64,000 bases of DNA, taken from contig CAWCIZ010000003.1 in NCBI GenBank assembly GCA_963795855.1, forward strand, positions 64,001 through 128,000, written 5' to 3'. Each line of letters starts with the position of its first letter. The first letter of the stretch is position 1. A program made the position numbers and the translations under genes. A model generated the notes under the pieces. The model searched no databases, was not told the DNA's origin, and saw only the letters and a list, made by a program, of their open reading frames with translations. The stretch is from Vulcanimicrobiota bacterium (GTDB lineage Bacteria > Vulcanimicrobiota > Vulcanimicrobiia > Vulcanimicrobiales > Vulcanimicrobiaceae). Positions 43,191 through 53,882 of this stretch are shown one piece after another.

Positions 43191-45315
43191 TCAGGTGCCT
43201 TTCGGCGCGCCGATGTAGCGGATCCACTTGAAGAAGAGCGCGTGCTGCGTGCTCAGCTGATTCGGATTGCCGTACACCACGTAAAACTCGTTACGAAGTG
43301 CGAGAAAATGAAACGCCGCCGTCAAATTCATCGCGTCGATTGGCGGAGTGCCGGCGGTCGGCACGTACCCAAACCCCGTGGGTGCGAAGATTCCGACGAT
43401 GCGGCGCGCACCGATATCCATCGACGCTCGGTGACTGAATTGCCAATCCAGCGACGCGCGCTCTAGCGTCTCGTTCGCGCCGATTTCGTTCCATGACGTG
43501 CCCGGACCGAATGCGGAGTACGGCGCGTAGTGTGTGCTGTCCGCCTCCAGTGAGAGAATCAACGGGCGCGCGAGCCGAATTGCAGCCGAACTGTACCAAC
43601 TCGCCAGGAACCCGTGATAGTAGTGGCCCTGCGAATACGTCGCGCTCGATGGCGTCGCGGTGTTCGCCCGGTATGAAAGCGAAACCCCGTTTTGGTTGAA
43701 CGGCAGCATCTCCCCATCCGGCATACGCAAATACGACGAGCCGCCGCCGACGCTAAACCCAAACAGCGACCGCGTACGAATGGACGCGGAGGCGTACTGA
43801 TCGTTCTGATTTGTTTGGCCGCCGTCATCATGATAGCGGTCCCACGAGGTGTTGAGCGATAGCTGCTGCAGGTACGACTTCGGCGAATAATTATAGGTTT
43901 TACTCGCGCTCACGCCGATACCGGTAATGCCCGGATGGCTTACGTATCCGTCGATTGGCTGGAACTGCGAGCCCACATGCTGGTAGTCGACGATGAAGTT
44001 CGACGTTTGATCGATGGCCCCGACGCCGTATTCTTGGTAGCCGCCCTGCGCAGGATCCGTAACGAACGTTCCGCGATCGGTTCCGGCATTGGCGAACGCC
44101 AGCAAATGATTATGCGAGAAGGAGTACCCGGTCACGATCGTGCTGGTTACGTCACGGATGCCCGGTGCGTCGACGCTGACCCGTTGCACGCTGACCTGCG
44201 CCTGATGATCGCGATTCGTTTGGAACAGGCCGAACGTTTGCGCGTCGTCGCTGCGCTGGGAACCGATCGCATCGAATGCGGCGAACGTTGCCGGCCCTTG
44301 GGTGCCTTCGACCGCGTACCCTTGACCGAACGCCGGAATGCTCGGAGTGTACAGCGTCGTCGGACAATTCCAGCAGCCGAAATGGCCGTTGAACTGCGAA
44401 CCGATCTGCGTGAAGAAGGGGCGCACCTCTTGATAGAACCGTGGAAACTCCTGCGGCGTTATCGACTGCTGATCGATTTCGACGTTCGAGTAATCGGGAT
44501 GCAGCGTCGCCACGAATGAGGCGGTATCCGTAATCGGCAGCGAGAAGTCGGCGCCCATGCGTGACGTGCTGCCGCCGGCAACCGGCGAGGCCATTTCACC
44601 CAGCCCGTACACTTGCAGTCGAGCCGGCGGGCGCGCGGCACCGCGCGCAACCTCAATACCGTTCAGCGTGCCGATGTAGTTTACGTCGATGTCGGCTTGC
44701 ATCGCCGGGTTGTCACTCCAGATGTTGCGGGATCCGCTCGCCGTGGTGATCCGCACGAACTGCGCGCGCCAGCCTCTTCGATCCGCCCGAACGAATCACG
44801 TCGAGCGGAATGCGCTCCGTTACCTGATATCCGTAAGAAGTGTTGTGGCCGGCGGATTCCCACTGCGGCGCGTATGCGCTGTTCTCGGTCGAACTCTGAT
44901 CGCGCGCGCCGTTTACGTTCGCCCGAAAGATGTACATGAAACCTTGCGAACCCTGCGGATAGAGCGCCAGCGCAACGTGATCGTCGTTGAGGACGGCGCC
45001 GCCGTTCGTGGTCTGTCCAACGGTGAGCGGCTCGCGCTGGCGGACGTCGAAAGCGAAGTAGAGCGCTTCATGCGACTGGGCGATGTACACCGTCGTCGGC
45101 TCGCTCGCCGCCCGGCGGTAGATGAAATCGTAAGGTAAGTTGATGCGCGCTGCTCCGTTCCACGACGCGTCGATGACGCCGTTTACATGAGGCGCGGTCG
45201 CGAGCTGCGGTACGGTGATGGACGGATCTGCAGAGGACGTGGCTGCGCGCGCCGTGCTCGTAAAGAACAGCATTGCGTACGCCAGCGTCGCCACCCGGAA
45301 TACGAAGCGGGACAT
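43191..45315 (-). CDS. Secreted/outer-membrane protein with CBM9-like N-terminus (DUF5916-like), frameshifted near 44770
   Basis: Signal peptide, APHVNGVIDASW, ATLHPDYSNVEIDQ, EVRPFF, beta-rich C-terminus. Confidence 0.7.
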
Positions 45316-45452
45316 TGGCGACGTTTACGCCGCCGGGTTCATGTAAGCCTAGCGCCTGGGCGCGCGGCGGCATCTTTGACGGGCGAGTAAGCGTTTTTGG
45401 CATGAGCCGGTCGTTGCTTTGTGAAAGGCTCGTCAAGAGAGAACGCTGCATC

Positions 45453-45827
45453 ATGACACCGCGAATTCGGACAAAGCGCGCATACGAAGCGCCGAGCCGC
45501 ACCGACGGCTTTCGCGTGCTCGTCGATCGCGTGTGGCCGCGAGGCGTGTCAAAAGACGATCTACAGGCGGATATGTGGGCGAAAGACGTCGCTCCAAGCA
45601 CCAAACTGCGCACGTGGTTCGGCCACGATCCCGAGCGCTGGGTTGAATTTCAAAAGCGCTATCGAGCCGAACTGCGCGAGTCCCCAGCGCAAGAACGGCT
45701 GGACGACATCATCGCGAACGCCGGCACGCGCTCCAACATCACGCTGCTGTACGGCGCGAAGGACACCGAGCATAATCAGGCGGTCGTCCTCAAGGCGGCA
45801 CTGGAGCGCCTGATTTCGCGCAAATGA
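45453..45827 (+). CDS. DUF488 family protein (YeaO-like)
   Basis: KRAYE..DGFRVLVDRVWPRG, APSTKLRTWFGH, HNQAVVL. Confidence 0.9.
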   Translation: MTPRIRTKRAYEAPSRTDGFRVLVDRVWPRGVSKDDLQADMWAKDVAPSTKLRTWFGHDPERWVEFQKRYRAELRESPAQERLDDIIANAGTRSNITLLYGAKDTEHNQAVVLKAALERLISRK

Positions 45828-45861
45828 AACAGCCCGCGGACCGGTCGGGTATGTAGACGCA

Positions 45862-46077
45862 ATGGAATCGTATGCGTGGATCGGCCTTGCCGCAGTGGTG
45901 CTGCTCGCACTTTTCTTCATCTGGAGTTTTTTCATTCGGGTCGATCCCCGGGTCGTCAATCAAATCTCCTCCGATTCGGCCGGATATCGCAAGACGCGCT
46001 TGCCGCTGGATGCCGACACGCAAAAGTACTTGGGCAATGACGACTTGGATGCAACGCAACGCGGTCCACGAAACTGA
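45862..46077 (+). CDS. Small single-TM hypothetical protein
   Basis: N-terminal hydrophobic helix, 71 aa. Confidence 0.55.
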   Translation: MESYAWIGLAAVVLLALFFIWSFFIRVDPRVVNQISSDSAGYRKTRLPLDADTQKYLGNDDLDATQRGPRN

Positions 46078-46348
46078 GTTCTCAAATTTCCTGAATCCGT
46101 CGGGCACTTGAAATAGCGGAGATTCGCAGCGCCCGGCTTCACGGCACGGGAAGGTCCTGAGACATCAGGTCACGCGTCATGATAGGCGCCACTCCACCTC
46201 CATGCAGCGTCGCGCCGAATTCGCAGCGTTTCCACGCAGGATTTAGTGCAGAATCTTCGCGAATAGCCGTGCGGTCGAGAAGGAGAGTCACCTGCAGCAA
46301 CTCTTCGGGACGCTCCAGCAAACGATCGCCAAGGATCGCAACCGCTAG

Positions 46349-47972
46349 ATGAAGCGCTGGACGCTGATCGCCGCCGTGCTGGTGCTCTGCGCCTGCGGGC
46401 GCACGGGCGGCGGTTATCGTCCAGTGCCCGACACGCTCAACGTCGGCACGGCGATCGAACCGAACAGCCTCAACCCGCTGCTCACGAGCGAGTCGATCGA
46501 AAACGATCTCGACGGCCTGATCTTCAACGGCCTCACACACGAAGACGACCGCAACGTCACGCAGCCGGACTTGGCCACGGTCGTGCCGACGCAGCAGAAC
46601 GGCGGCATCAGCAAAGACGGCAAAACGATCACCTATCACTTGCGCAGGGGCGTGCGCTGGCAAGACGGCGTGCCGTTCACCTCGAGTGACGTCAAGTTCA
46701 CGTGGCAGGCAATCATGAATCCGAACACGCTGACCGGCAACCGCGTTCCGTACGATCAGGTCAGGAGCGTGGATACGCCCGATACAAACACCGTGGTCTT
46801 CCACCTCAAAGGGCCGTACGCGCCGTTCGTCGCCGAAGCGTTCAACAGCACGACCATCGAGTACATAGTGCCGCAGCATCTGCTCAGGAACTACCGCGAC
46901 CTTAACAAAGTGCCGTTCAACGTCAAACCCGTCGGGACGGGGCCGTACAAGGCTGGTGCGCTGGGCGCACGGCGATCGCATCGAGTTCACCGCGAATACT
47001 CAGTATTTCAGAGGCGCGCCGAAAATAGCGAAGATCGTCGTGCACGAGATCCCGGACGAAAACACCGGCATGAATCAGCTGCGCGCGCACGAGATTCAGT
47101 GGTTTCCGTACATCAGTGAGGCCTCGTACAACCTGGTCAAAGGCACGCCCGGCATTCGCATCGTTGTGACGCCGCAGAACGCGTACCGCGCGATCTACAT
47201 CAACACGGAGCGGCCGATTCTTTCCGATGTTCGGGTGCGTCAAGCCATCGCGTACGCCGTCGACAAGAAACAGCTCGTCGATAAGGTGACGCACGGCACG
47301 GGGATCGTTGCCACCGAAGATATGCCGGACTTCATGTGGGCGTACGATAAGAGCGTGCCCGTCTATGCTTACGATCCGGCGAAGGCGCGCGCGCTCTTGG
47401 ACGCGGCCGGCTGGCATGCCGGGCCCGACGGCGTTCGCGTGCGCAACGGGCGGCCTTTGGCATTCACCATGGCGCTGCGGCAAGGCGCCGCCGGCGATAG
47501 CTCGATGGCGGTGATGATCCAGTCGTGGCTGCGCGATATCGGCATGCAGATTTCGATAAAGTCGTATCCCGGCTCGATGCTGTTTGCGGTTGGACCCTCC
47601 GGTGTGCTGGAGCCGGGGAAGTACGAACTCGACATCAGCGGCTTTACGCAAACGGCCGATCCGGACAATTCCGCGACCTTCACGTGCGCAACGCGCCCGC
47701 CCAACGGGTTTAATTGGACGCGCTACTGCAGCGCGGAAATGGACCGGCTGCAGGCGCAAGCGATTTCGACGTACGATCGCGCCAAGCGCAAAGCCGTGTA
47801 CGCGAAGATCGAGGCGTTGCTCGCTCACGACGTCCCGCAAGTCTACATCTACTATCAGCCGCAGATTAGCGCGATTAGTGAGGATCTGCAGAACTTCAAG
47901 CCCAGCATGGTCACGCCGATGTGGAATGCCGAGCAGTGGAGCTTCGGGGGCCTTAAAGCGCGAGTTCCATGA
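46349..47972 (+). CDS. Peptide ABC transporter substrate-binding lipoprotein (family 5), frameshifted near 46950
   Basis: Lipobox LCAC; PDLATVVPT..NGGISKDG, WQDGVPFTSSDVKFT, PVGTGPY, VRQAIAYAVD. Confidence 0.92.
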
Positions 47973-48272
47973 CCGGCAGCGTGCCGCCGTTCCCGGCGCA
48001 GGACGGCACCTGCGCGACGCAGCGCATACCGAAGCGCTCGTAGAATGCTTGGGCATAAGGATCGGACTGCAGCGTTAACATTTTCGCTGCATTTGGCGCG
48101 CATACGCGAGCGCATGTTCCAAAAGCAATCGGCGGATGCCGCGTCCGAAGTAGTCGGGTTCGATGAACAGATCGCGCAGGAAGGCGTTCTCTGCGTCCAT
48201 CTGCAGCAGCAAATAGCCGCACCTGCGGCCGTCGACTTCAGCAACCACGCAGTATGCGTGCGCAATATCGTC
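47953..48272 (-). pseudogene. 5'-truncated GNAT acetyltransferase
   Basis: ..VVAEVDGRRCGY..LRDLFIEPDYFGRG..SDPYAQAFYERFG; no N-terminus, and unrelated sequence lies upstream. Confidence 0.65.
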
Positions 48273-49847
48273 CTGTCATGCCACGATAACGGAGTCCCCC
48301 GTCTCCGATTGCACGCGACAAACGCACACCGAAAGCAAAACGCCAGCCAATTTGCGGGAAGTATCGCGCGGGCACGCCATCACTTGCGCTTGTGTAGCAC
48401 AGAAGATATAAACTGAAGCGCCACGATGATCGCGAGCCATCCAATTCCGAACGGAATACGCATGGTTACTAATGAAGGCACGACTAAGGTCGGGGGCCGT
48501 CACCCGTGGGTGCCGGGCTTCGGCATTATCCAGTATCGATAAATGGATGGAGACTGCCATGCAACAGAAGCGAGTTCAACGTAGTAAGCGCCGCCGACAA
48601 CACGGAACGGGATCGCTTCGTGAAATCGCTCCAGGCAAGTGGCAGCTCCGCTACAAAGGGGAATCCGATATCGCATTCGCAACGACGAAAAGCGCCGCTT
48701 CCGAAGCCCTGCAAGTTTTCGTAGACAGGGTACGGAACGGCGGAATAGCGTCTGGCGATCGCATAACGTTTGACCAGCTCGCCGACCTTTATCTCGAATC
48801 GAAATCTCGCTCGAAGGCACCCACATCACTGGCTTGGTATAAGCGCAACCTCAAGCAGCACCGTTCGACCAGCGATTGGTGCCATGAAGTTGAGAGACTT
48901 CGTGCCATCCATGTGCAGCGGATGCTCGATGGTGCTAAGGATAAGTCGCGAACGAGGCGCAAAGGGGAATTGCTCGGTGCGACGAGCCTGCGAAACTTAC
49001 TTGTGCTGGTGCGTGCGATTCTGGCATGTGGCATGAAGCAAGGAATCCTTCGTGAGAACGTTGCGAGCAAAGTTGAGCCTCCTCGCGCTGAGCACGTGGA
49101 GCGCCCGGCTCTCACGCCCCGGGATGCGGCAAACCTTCTTCGTGCAGCTCAGGGGACGGAACTATTCGCAATCATAGCGACTGCGATCGCTACGGGAGCC
49201 CGACGCTCCGACCCCTGCGCCCTGCGCTGGAATGATCTGGATCTTGAAGCAGGGACACTCGCCATTCGTCGCTCTGCCGCAAATGTCGATAAGCGCGTGG
49301 TCATCGGCGAAACGAAGACCAAAAACTCTCGGCGGACAGACCACTTGCCGGCGTTTCTAATAACGTTGCTCGACCAGCATCGGCACAGGCAGCTGGGCGG
49401 TTACAAGCACTATTTGGCGAGTTCGACGGACGGCGTCGTCAGCAGGATGGCTATGTTTTTACGACGCCGACGGGCGACATTTGGGACCCGAAGGAACTGT
49501 CGCGCCAATTCGCACGCTTCGTGCGTCGTGAAAAGCTCCCGCACTTTCGATTCCACGACATGCGGCCCGGTTTTGCCAGCCTCGCGTTCGCGGCGGGCGT
49601 ACCCCTCGCAGTCGTGAGCAAATCGCTGGGTCACGCGAGTATCGGCATCACTGCGAACGTTTACACGCATCTACTGACGGACCAGAAGCGCGAAAAGGCA
49701 GCCATCATCGACGCCTATCTCGGGGCTGCGATTGCGTCGAAAACAGAGCCCGCGTAGCGCGAAAACAAGCGCATAGTGGATGGTTATTGGATCGCGGAAG
49801 CATCCGTGCAATGAAAAGGCCCGTCAAATCGGCCAAAAAGGTGGGAC
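48273..49847. mobile_element. Remnant of an integrative element at the tRNA-Sec 3' end
   Basis: Integrase ends 90 bp from the selC 3' end; visibly more AT-rich; left edge truncates a GNAT gene. Confidence 0.65.
48559..49757 (+). CDS. Tyrosine recombinase/integrase (frameshifted)
   Basis: GTGSLRE..WQLR N-terminus; TGARRSD, KTKNSRR, FHDMR, LGHAS, VYTH catalytic motifs. Confidence 0.92.
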
Positions 49848-49941
49848 TGGCGGGAAAGTGTAGGAATCGAACCTACCAGCCGAGTTACCCCGGCCTCAGC
49901 AGTTTTGAAGACTGTGCGGGCCACCAGACCCGTACTCTCCC
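49848..49941 (-). tRNA. selC: tRNA-Sec (anticodon UCA)
   Basis: GGGAGAGT/ACTTTCCC 8-bp acceptor stem plus GCCA; anticodon loop CTTCAAA; long variable arm; GGTTCGATTCC T-arm; 94 nt. Confidence 0.95.
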
Positions 49942-50032
49942 ATAGTTGCCGTTTCGCGGGCTGTTAGCCACATCACCGCGCCGTCCTTTGCGAGAAGGAC
50001 GCGTTGCAGAAAAGCCACGAAATTACACCTAG

Positions 50033-50356
50033 ATGCGCTTATCGTCGTTCGCGGTATTGCTGATGTCCGCAGCGCTGCTCGCGACAGGTTGCGCAGGCGC
50101 AAGCTTCGGTGGTTGTCAGCTGCCCGCAAAACTGCCGAGTCTTGCCGGTACTCCGATACCGACGCAGCCGATTCCGGTTGCGGCCGGCACGACGAGTGCT
50201 GCGACCGTAGTCGTAAAAGTGGTCGTTGACTCGACTGGCGACCCGACCTCGACTTCGATCGAGCAAAGTTCGCAAAACAGCGTCATGGATGCGACCGCGC
50301 TTTCGCTCGTTCGGCAGTCGAAGTTCTTCGCAGGTGCAGCCGGACTTAGCGGCTGA
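50033..50356 (+). CDS. Short lipoprotein with TonB C-terminal-like domain (possibly truncated)
   Basis: Lipobox ATGC; VVVKVVVDSTG..IEQSS.NSVMDATAL. Confidence 0.6.
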   Translation: MRLSSFAVLLMSAALLATGCAGASFGGCQLPAKLPSLAGTPIPTQPIPVAAGTTSAATVVVKVVVDSTGDPTSTSIEQSSQNSVMDATALSLVRQSKFFAGAAGLSG

Positions 50357-50750
50357 CGATCATCCACTCCGTGCCGAAGCGATCGGTGACCGTGCCGAAT
50401 TTGCCGCCCCAGAACGCGTCGCTGAACGGCTGCGATACCGACCCGCCTTCGGCGAGCGCGTTGAACACGCGTTCTGCACGCGACGCGTCGTCGATGCCGA
50501 GTGAAAGTGAGACGTTGCCTTCGTCGGGATCGACGCGCTTGGAAAGATCGCCGTCGGACGCCATGAACGAAAAACCGTCGCCGGTGAACGTAGCGTGCAT
50601 AACTTTGTTGCGAAGTTCCGGAGCGACCTGGTCTGCCATCGGCGAGCCTTCGAACCGGTTCAGTTCTATCGTGCCGCCGATCGCGTTTTTATAGAATTCG
50701 AGCGCTTCTTCGCAGGTGCCGTAGAAATAAATATACGGTTGAAGTTGCAT
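50346..50750 (-). CDS. VOC/PhnB-family protein
   Basis: PYIYFYGTCEEALEFY, VMHA, FWGGKFG..DRFGTEW. Confidence 0.9.
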   Translation of the reverse strand: MQLQPYIYFYGTCEEALEFYKNAIGGTIELNRFEGSPMADQVAPELRNKVMHATFTGDGFSFMASDGDLSKRVDPDEGNVSLSLGIDDASRAERVFNALAEGGSVSQPFSDAFWGGKFGTVTDRFGTEWMIVSR

Positions 50751-50789
50751 GCGAGCGATTTCAAGCATAAGCGGCGAACATCCCTGTCC

Positions 50790-51525
50790 ATGAACGTGCT
50801 CCTCACCGGCGGTTCGCGCGGAATCGGCCGTGCTATCGTGTGCGCGCTGCATGACGCAGGCAGTTCGATCGTGTTCACCTACAATCGCGAAACCGAACAA
50901 GCGCATGCCCTGTGCGCGGAACTTGGCAGCCGCGTGTGGGCGCAGCAATGCGACGTCGCACGGCACGAAATGCTTCCGCCGCTGGTCGATGCGGCGCTGC
51001 AGCGGCTCGGTTCTATCGACGTGCTCGTGAACAACGCGGCAATCTTTTCGGAGAATCCGTTCTTCGGCACTGATTACGAGTCGTGGCGCGCCGGTTGGCA
51101 GCACACGTTCGACGTGAACCTGTTCGGAGCTGCGAATCTGACCTTTCTCGTGCTGCAGCACATGCGCCGGCGCGGGCGCGGCAAGATCTTGAACATCGTC
51201 TCACGAGCAGCGCATCGCGGCGAGTTGACGTTCGCGGATTACGGCGCCAGCAAAGCGGCGCTGACCAATTTGACGAAGTCGATCGCGCGTTCGTGCGCGA
51301 AAGACGGCATCGTCGCGATCGCGATTGCGCCCGGCTTCATCGAAACCGACATGGCGGCTCCGGATTTGGAAACGCGCGGCGAGGAACTTGCCGCCGAAGT
51401 GCCGCTGGGCTACATCGGCAAGCCGGAAGAGGTCGCGTCCATCGTCACATTCTTCGCCGGCGATGCGGCGCAACTACGCCAACGGCGCGACGATCGACGT
51501 GAACGGCGGCAGCTACGTGCGTTGA
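50790..51525 (+). CDS. SDR-family oxidoreductase, frameshift near 51470
   Basis: TGGSRGIG, VNNAAI, YGASK, APGFIETDM, IDVNGG. Confidence 0.92.
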
Positions 51526-51529
51526 TTGC

Positions 51530-52486
51530 TTACGCTTCGAGCAACGCAAGCCGCTTACGAATCGCCCACGCGCCGCGTTTGAATTCGCGGCTCAGCGCGG
51601 CGACGATCGCCGCCTTCGTCAAGCCTGCTGCGTGCAAGTCGCCGTATCGTTTGCGTAAGCGCTGCGATTCCGCGGCGCTCCACGCTCTGCCCCGATTTCG
51701 CACGACGTGCGGACGCGGCTCCGGCCGCAGCAACGAACCCGCTTCGACCGCGTCGATGCGTTTCACGCACGCTTCGTAGGCCTTCTTCGAAATTTCGAAA
51801 CCGGCGAAGCGGCGGTTCATGCCGACGGCGACTGCGCCGGTCGATCCGCCACCCATGAAAAAATCGCAAACGAGATCGCCCTCGTTGCTGCTGTACGCGA
51901 TCATTTTTTCTAAAAGCGCTGCGGGCAGTTCGTTTTTGTTCTTTTCGCGGCCTGGCTTGTACTCGCGATTAACGATCCAAACGTCCTCGCGATCCCGATA
52001 GTTGGCCGAGCCGCCGTCTTCTGCGCTCGCATCCAGCGGAAAGCGGGCTTGCAGATTGAACGTTCGGCGCGCGCCCGGCTTTGCGTAATAGAGAATGTGA
52101 TAGTGCGAGGACACGAATTTGACCGACGTGTACACGCCGAACGCGTACTTCCAAATCAAGTGATTGATCTCGACGAGGCTGGTAGCGCGCAGCGCGTCGA
52201 GCACGTCGTACAAATTCGTATAGCCCGAAACGACGTACAACTGTCCGCCTGGGCGCAGGACGCGCTCGGCCTGAGCGACCCAAGCGCGGCTGAATGCGTT
52301 GTAGGCATGCTTTTCCACCTCGACGTAGCCGTCGATCACAAAGCGCTCGTCGCGGTTGTAATGCCGATGCAGACGGTCGCCCTGAATACCATACGGCGGG
52401 TCGGTGATGACGAGATCGACGCTCGCGTCGGGCAGGTGACGCAATGCTCCCTTAACGCAATCCGCATTGACTAAAAGGCCGGCCAT
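51530..52486 (-). CDS. Orphan N6A/N4C DNA methyltransferase (beta class) with C-terminal helical extension
   Basis: ITDPPY precedes DFFMGGGST; RVLRPGG; FAGFEI. Confidence 0.9.
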   Translation of the reverse strand: MAGLLVNADCVKGALRHLPDASVDLVITDPPYGIQGDRLHRHYNRDERFVIDGYVEVEKHAYNAFSRAWVAQAERVLRPGGQLYVVSGYTNLYDVLDALRATSLVEINHLIWKYAFGVYTSVKFVSSHYHILYYAKPGARRTFNLQARFPLDASAEDGGSANYRDREDVWIVNREYKPGREKNKNELPAALLEKMIAYSSNEGDLVCDFFMGGGSTGAVAVGMNRRFAGFEISKKAYEACVKRIDAVEAGSLLRPEPRPHVVRNRGRAWSAAESQRLRKRYGDLHAAGLTKAAIVAALSREFKRGAWAIRKRLALLEA

Positions 52487-52529
52487 AGGGGAAGCGTACT
52501 CCGAAGGCGCCGAAGTCTCCCACACGCAC

Positions 52530-53822
52530 ATGGCAACTCTCCGGGAAGAGACGCACGAGAGCCGCGTACTCCAGCGCCTTTTCGAGATCACGCAAGACAT
52601 TCTGCAGGCACAGGCGGCCGGGCCGGCGCTGAAGTCTATTGCGCGCGGGCTGAGCGATCTCTACGGATTCAAATACGTTTCCATCGTGGCCTCGGACCGG
52701 CCCGGAGGCGAGATGTACCGTCGCGTCATCATCGGTTTTCCCGAAGATGCGATCCGCGATCGGCGCGGCGAGCACATACCGCGCGAAGCGATGGTTGAAC
52801 TACTGCTTCCGGAATTCGAGGTCGTACCGCACTGCTATTACATTCCGGCCGAGCGCGAGCAGTTGTGGGCTTACAACATTTACATCGGCGACGCGCTGAG
52901 CGACCGCGTGCGTGCGCGTCCGAACGCATGGCACGAGCACGACTCGCTCACCCTGGTGCTGGCCGATCCCGAAGGCGAAATGATTGGCTACGTTTCGCTG
53001 GACGGTCCGCTCGACGGCCTGGTTCCCTCGCAGGAAACGCTGCGGCAGATGCAGCTCTTCGTCAATCTCGTCGGCCTCGCGCTCGGAAATATGCGCGGTC
53101 ATGCAATCGAAGTGGAGCGCCGCCAAATGGTGGAGCAAACCTCGCGCGCGCAAAGCAATTTTCTCGGGGTCGTCTCGCACGAGGTACGCTCGCCGCTTTC
53201 TGCCATTCGGGGCGCCACCATACTGCTCGACACACATTTCGATTCGCTCTCGGCGGAGCGGCGCAGCGAACTGCTCGCCGTCCTCACCTCGTCGACCGCG
53301 CGTCTCTCGGCGATATTCGAAGACTTTTTGCTGCTCTCGCGCATGGATGCGGGAAAACTTACCCTGCGCGCGCTTCGCGTCGATCCGATCGCGGTCGTCG
53401 AAGAGTCCGTCGCGCGCATCGAGAGCGAGAATTCGAACCGGCAGTTCCGTACCTTGTATCTCGAGCCGCTTCCGCCCGTATTCGCGGACGAAGGACGCAT
53501 CGTGCAAGTCCTTACGAACATGCTGTCCAACGCGGCGAAGTATTCGACCGAAGGTTCGGTGATCGTCGTAGAGATCAAGCCCACGGACGATGGCGTGCTT
53601 TTCGCCGTGAAGAACGAAGGCCCGGGCGTACCGGAAAACGAGCGCGACAAGCTCTTCACCCGCTTTGGTCGTATCGGGCGCGACAACGGCGACGCCTCCA
53701 TCGGTCTGGGCTTGTACATCTGCCACGAGTTGGTGACGATGATGGGCGGGAGCATCGGCTACGAGCGCGAGCCGAACAAGGTGACGACCTTCTGGTTTAC
53801 GCTGCCGCGTGCGGGCGAGTAG
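52530..53822 (+). CDS. GAF-type sensor histidine kinase
   Basis: VSHEVRSPL H-box, NMLSNAAKY N-box, NEGPG, GLGLYI. Confidence 0.92.
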   Translation: MATLREETHESRVLQRLFEITQDILQAQAAGPALKSIARGLSDLYGFKYVSIVASDRPGGEMYRRVIIGFPEDAIRDRRGEHIPREAMVELLLPEFEVVPHCYYIPAEREQLWAYNIYIGDALSDRVRARPNAWHEHDSLTLVLADPEGEMIGYVSLDGPLDGLVPSQETLRQMQLFVNLVGLALGNMRGHAIEVERRQMVEQTSRAQSNFLGVVSHEVRSPLSAIRGATILLDTHFDSLSAERRSELLAVLTSSTARLSAIFEDFLLLSRMDAGKLTLRALRVDPIAVVEESVARIESENSNRQFRTLYLEPLPPVFADEGRIVQVLTNMLSNAAKYSTEGSVIVVEIKPTDDGVLFAVKNEGPGVPENERDKLFTRFGRIGRDNGDASIGLGLYICHELVTMMGGSIGYEREPNKVTTFWFTLPRAGE

Positions 53823-53882
53823 GCTGCCCCCAGCCAAACCAGTAGCGCACAAGGCCGGTTCTATGGTAAGAACAGCACGACC

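Noticed and set aside
48354..48362. GCGGGAAGT as a degenerate att copy
   Set aside because: Too short and gapped to distinguish from chance.
48508..48519. 12-bp reverse-complement match to 18503-18514
   Set aside because: Short GC-rich match, plausible by chance.
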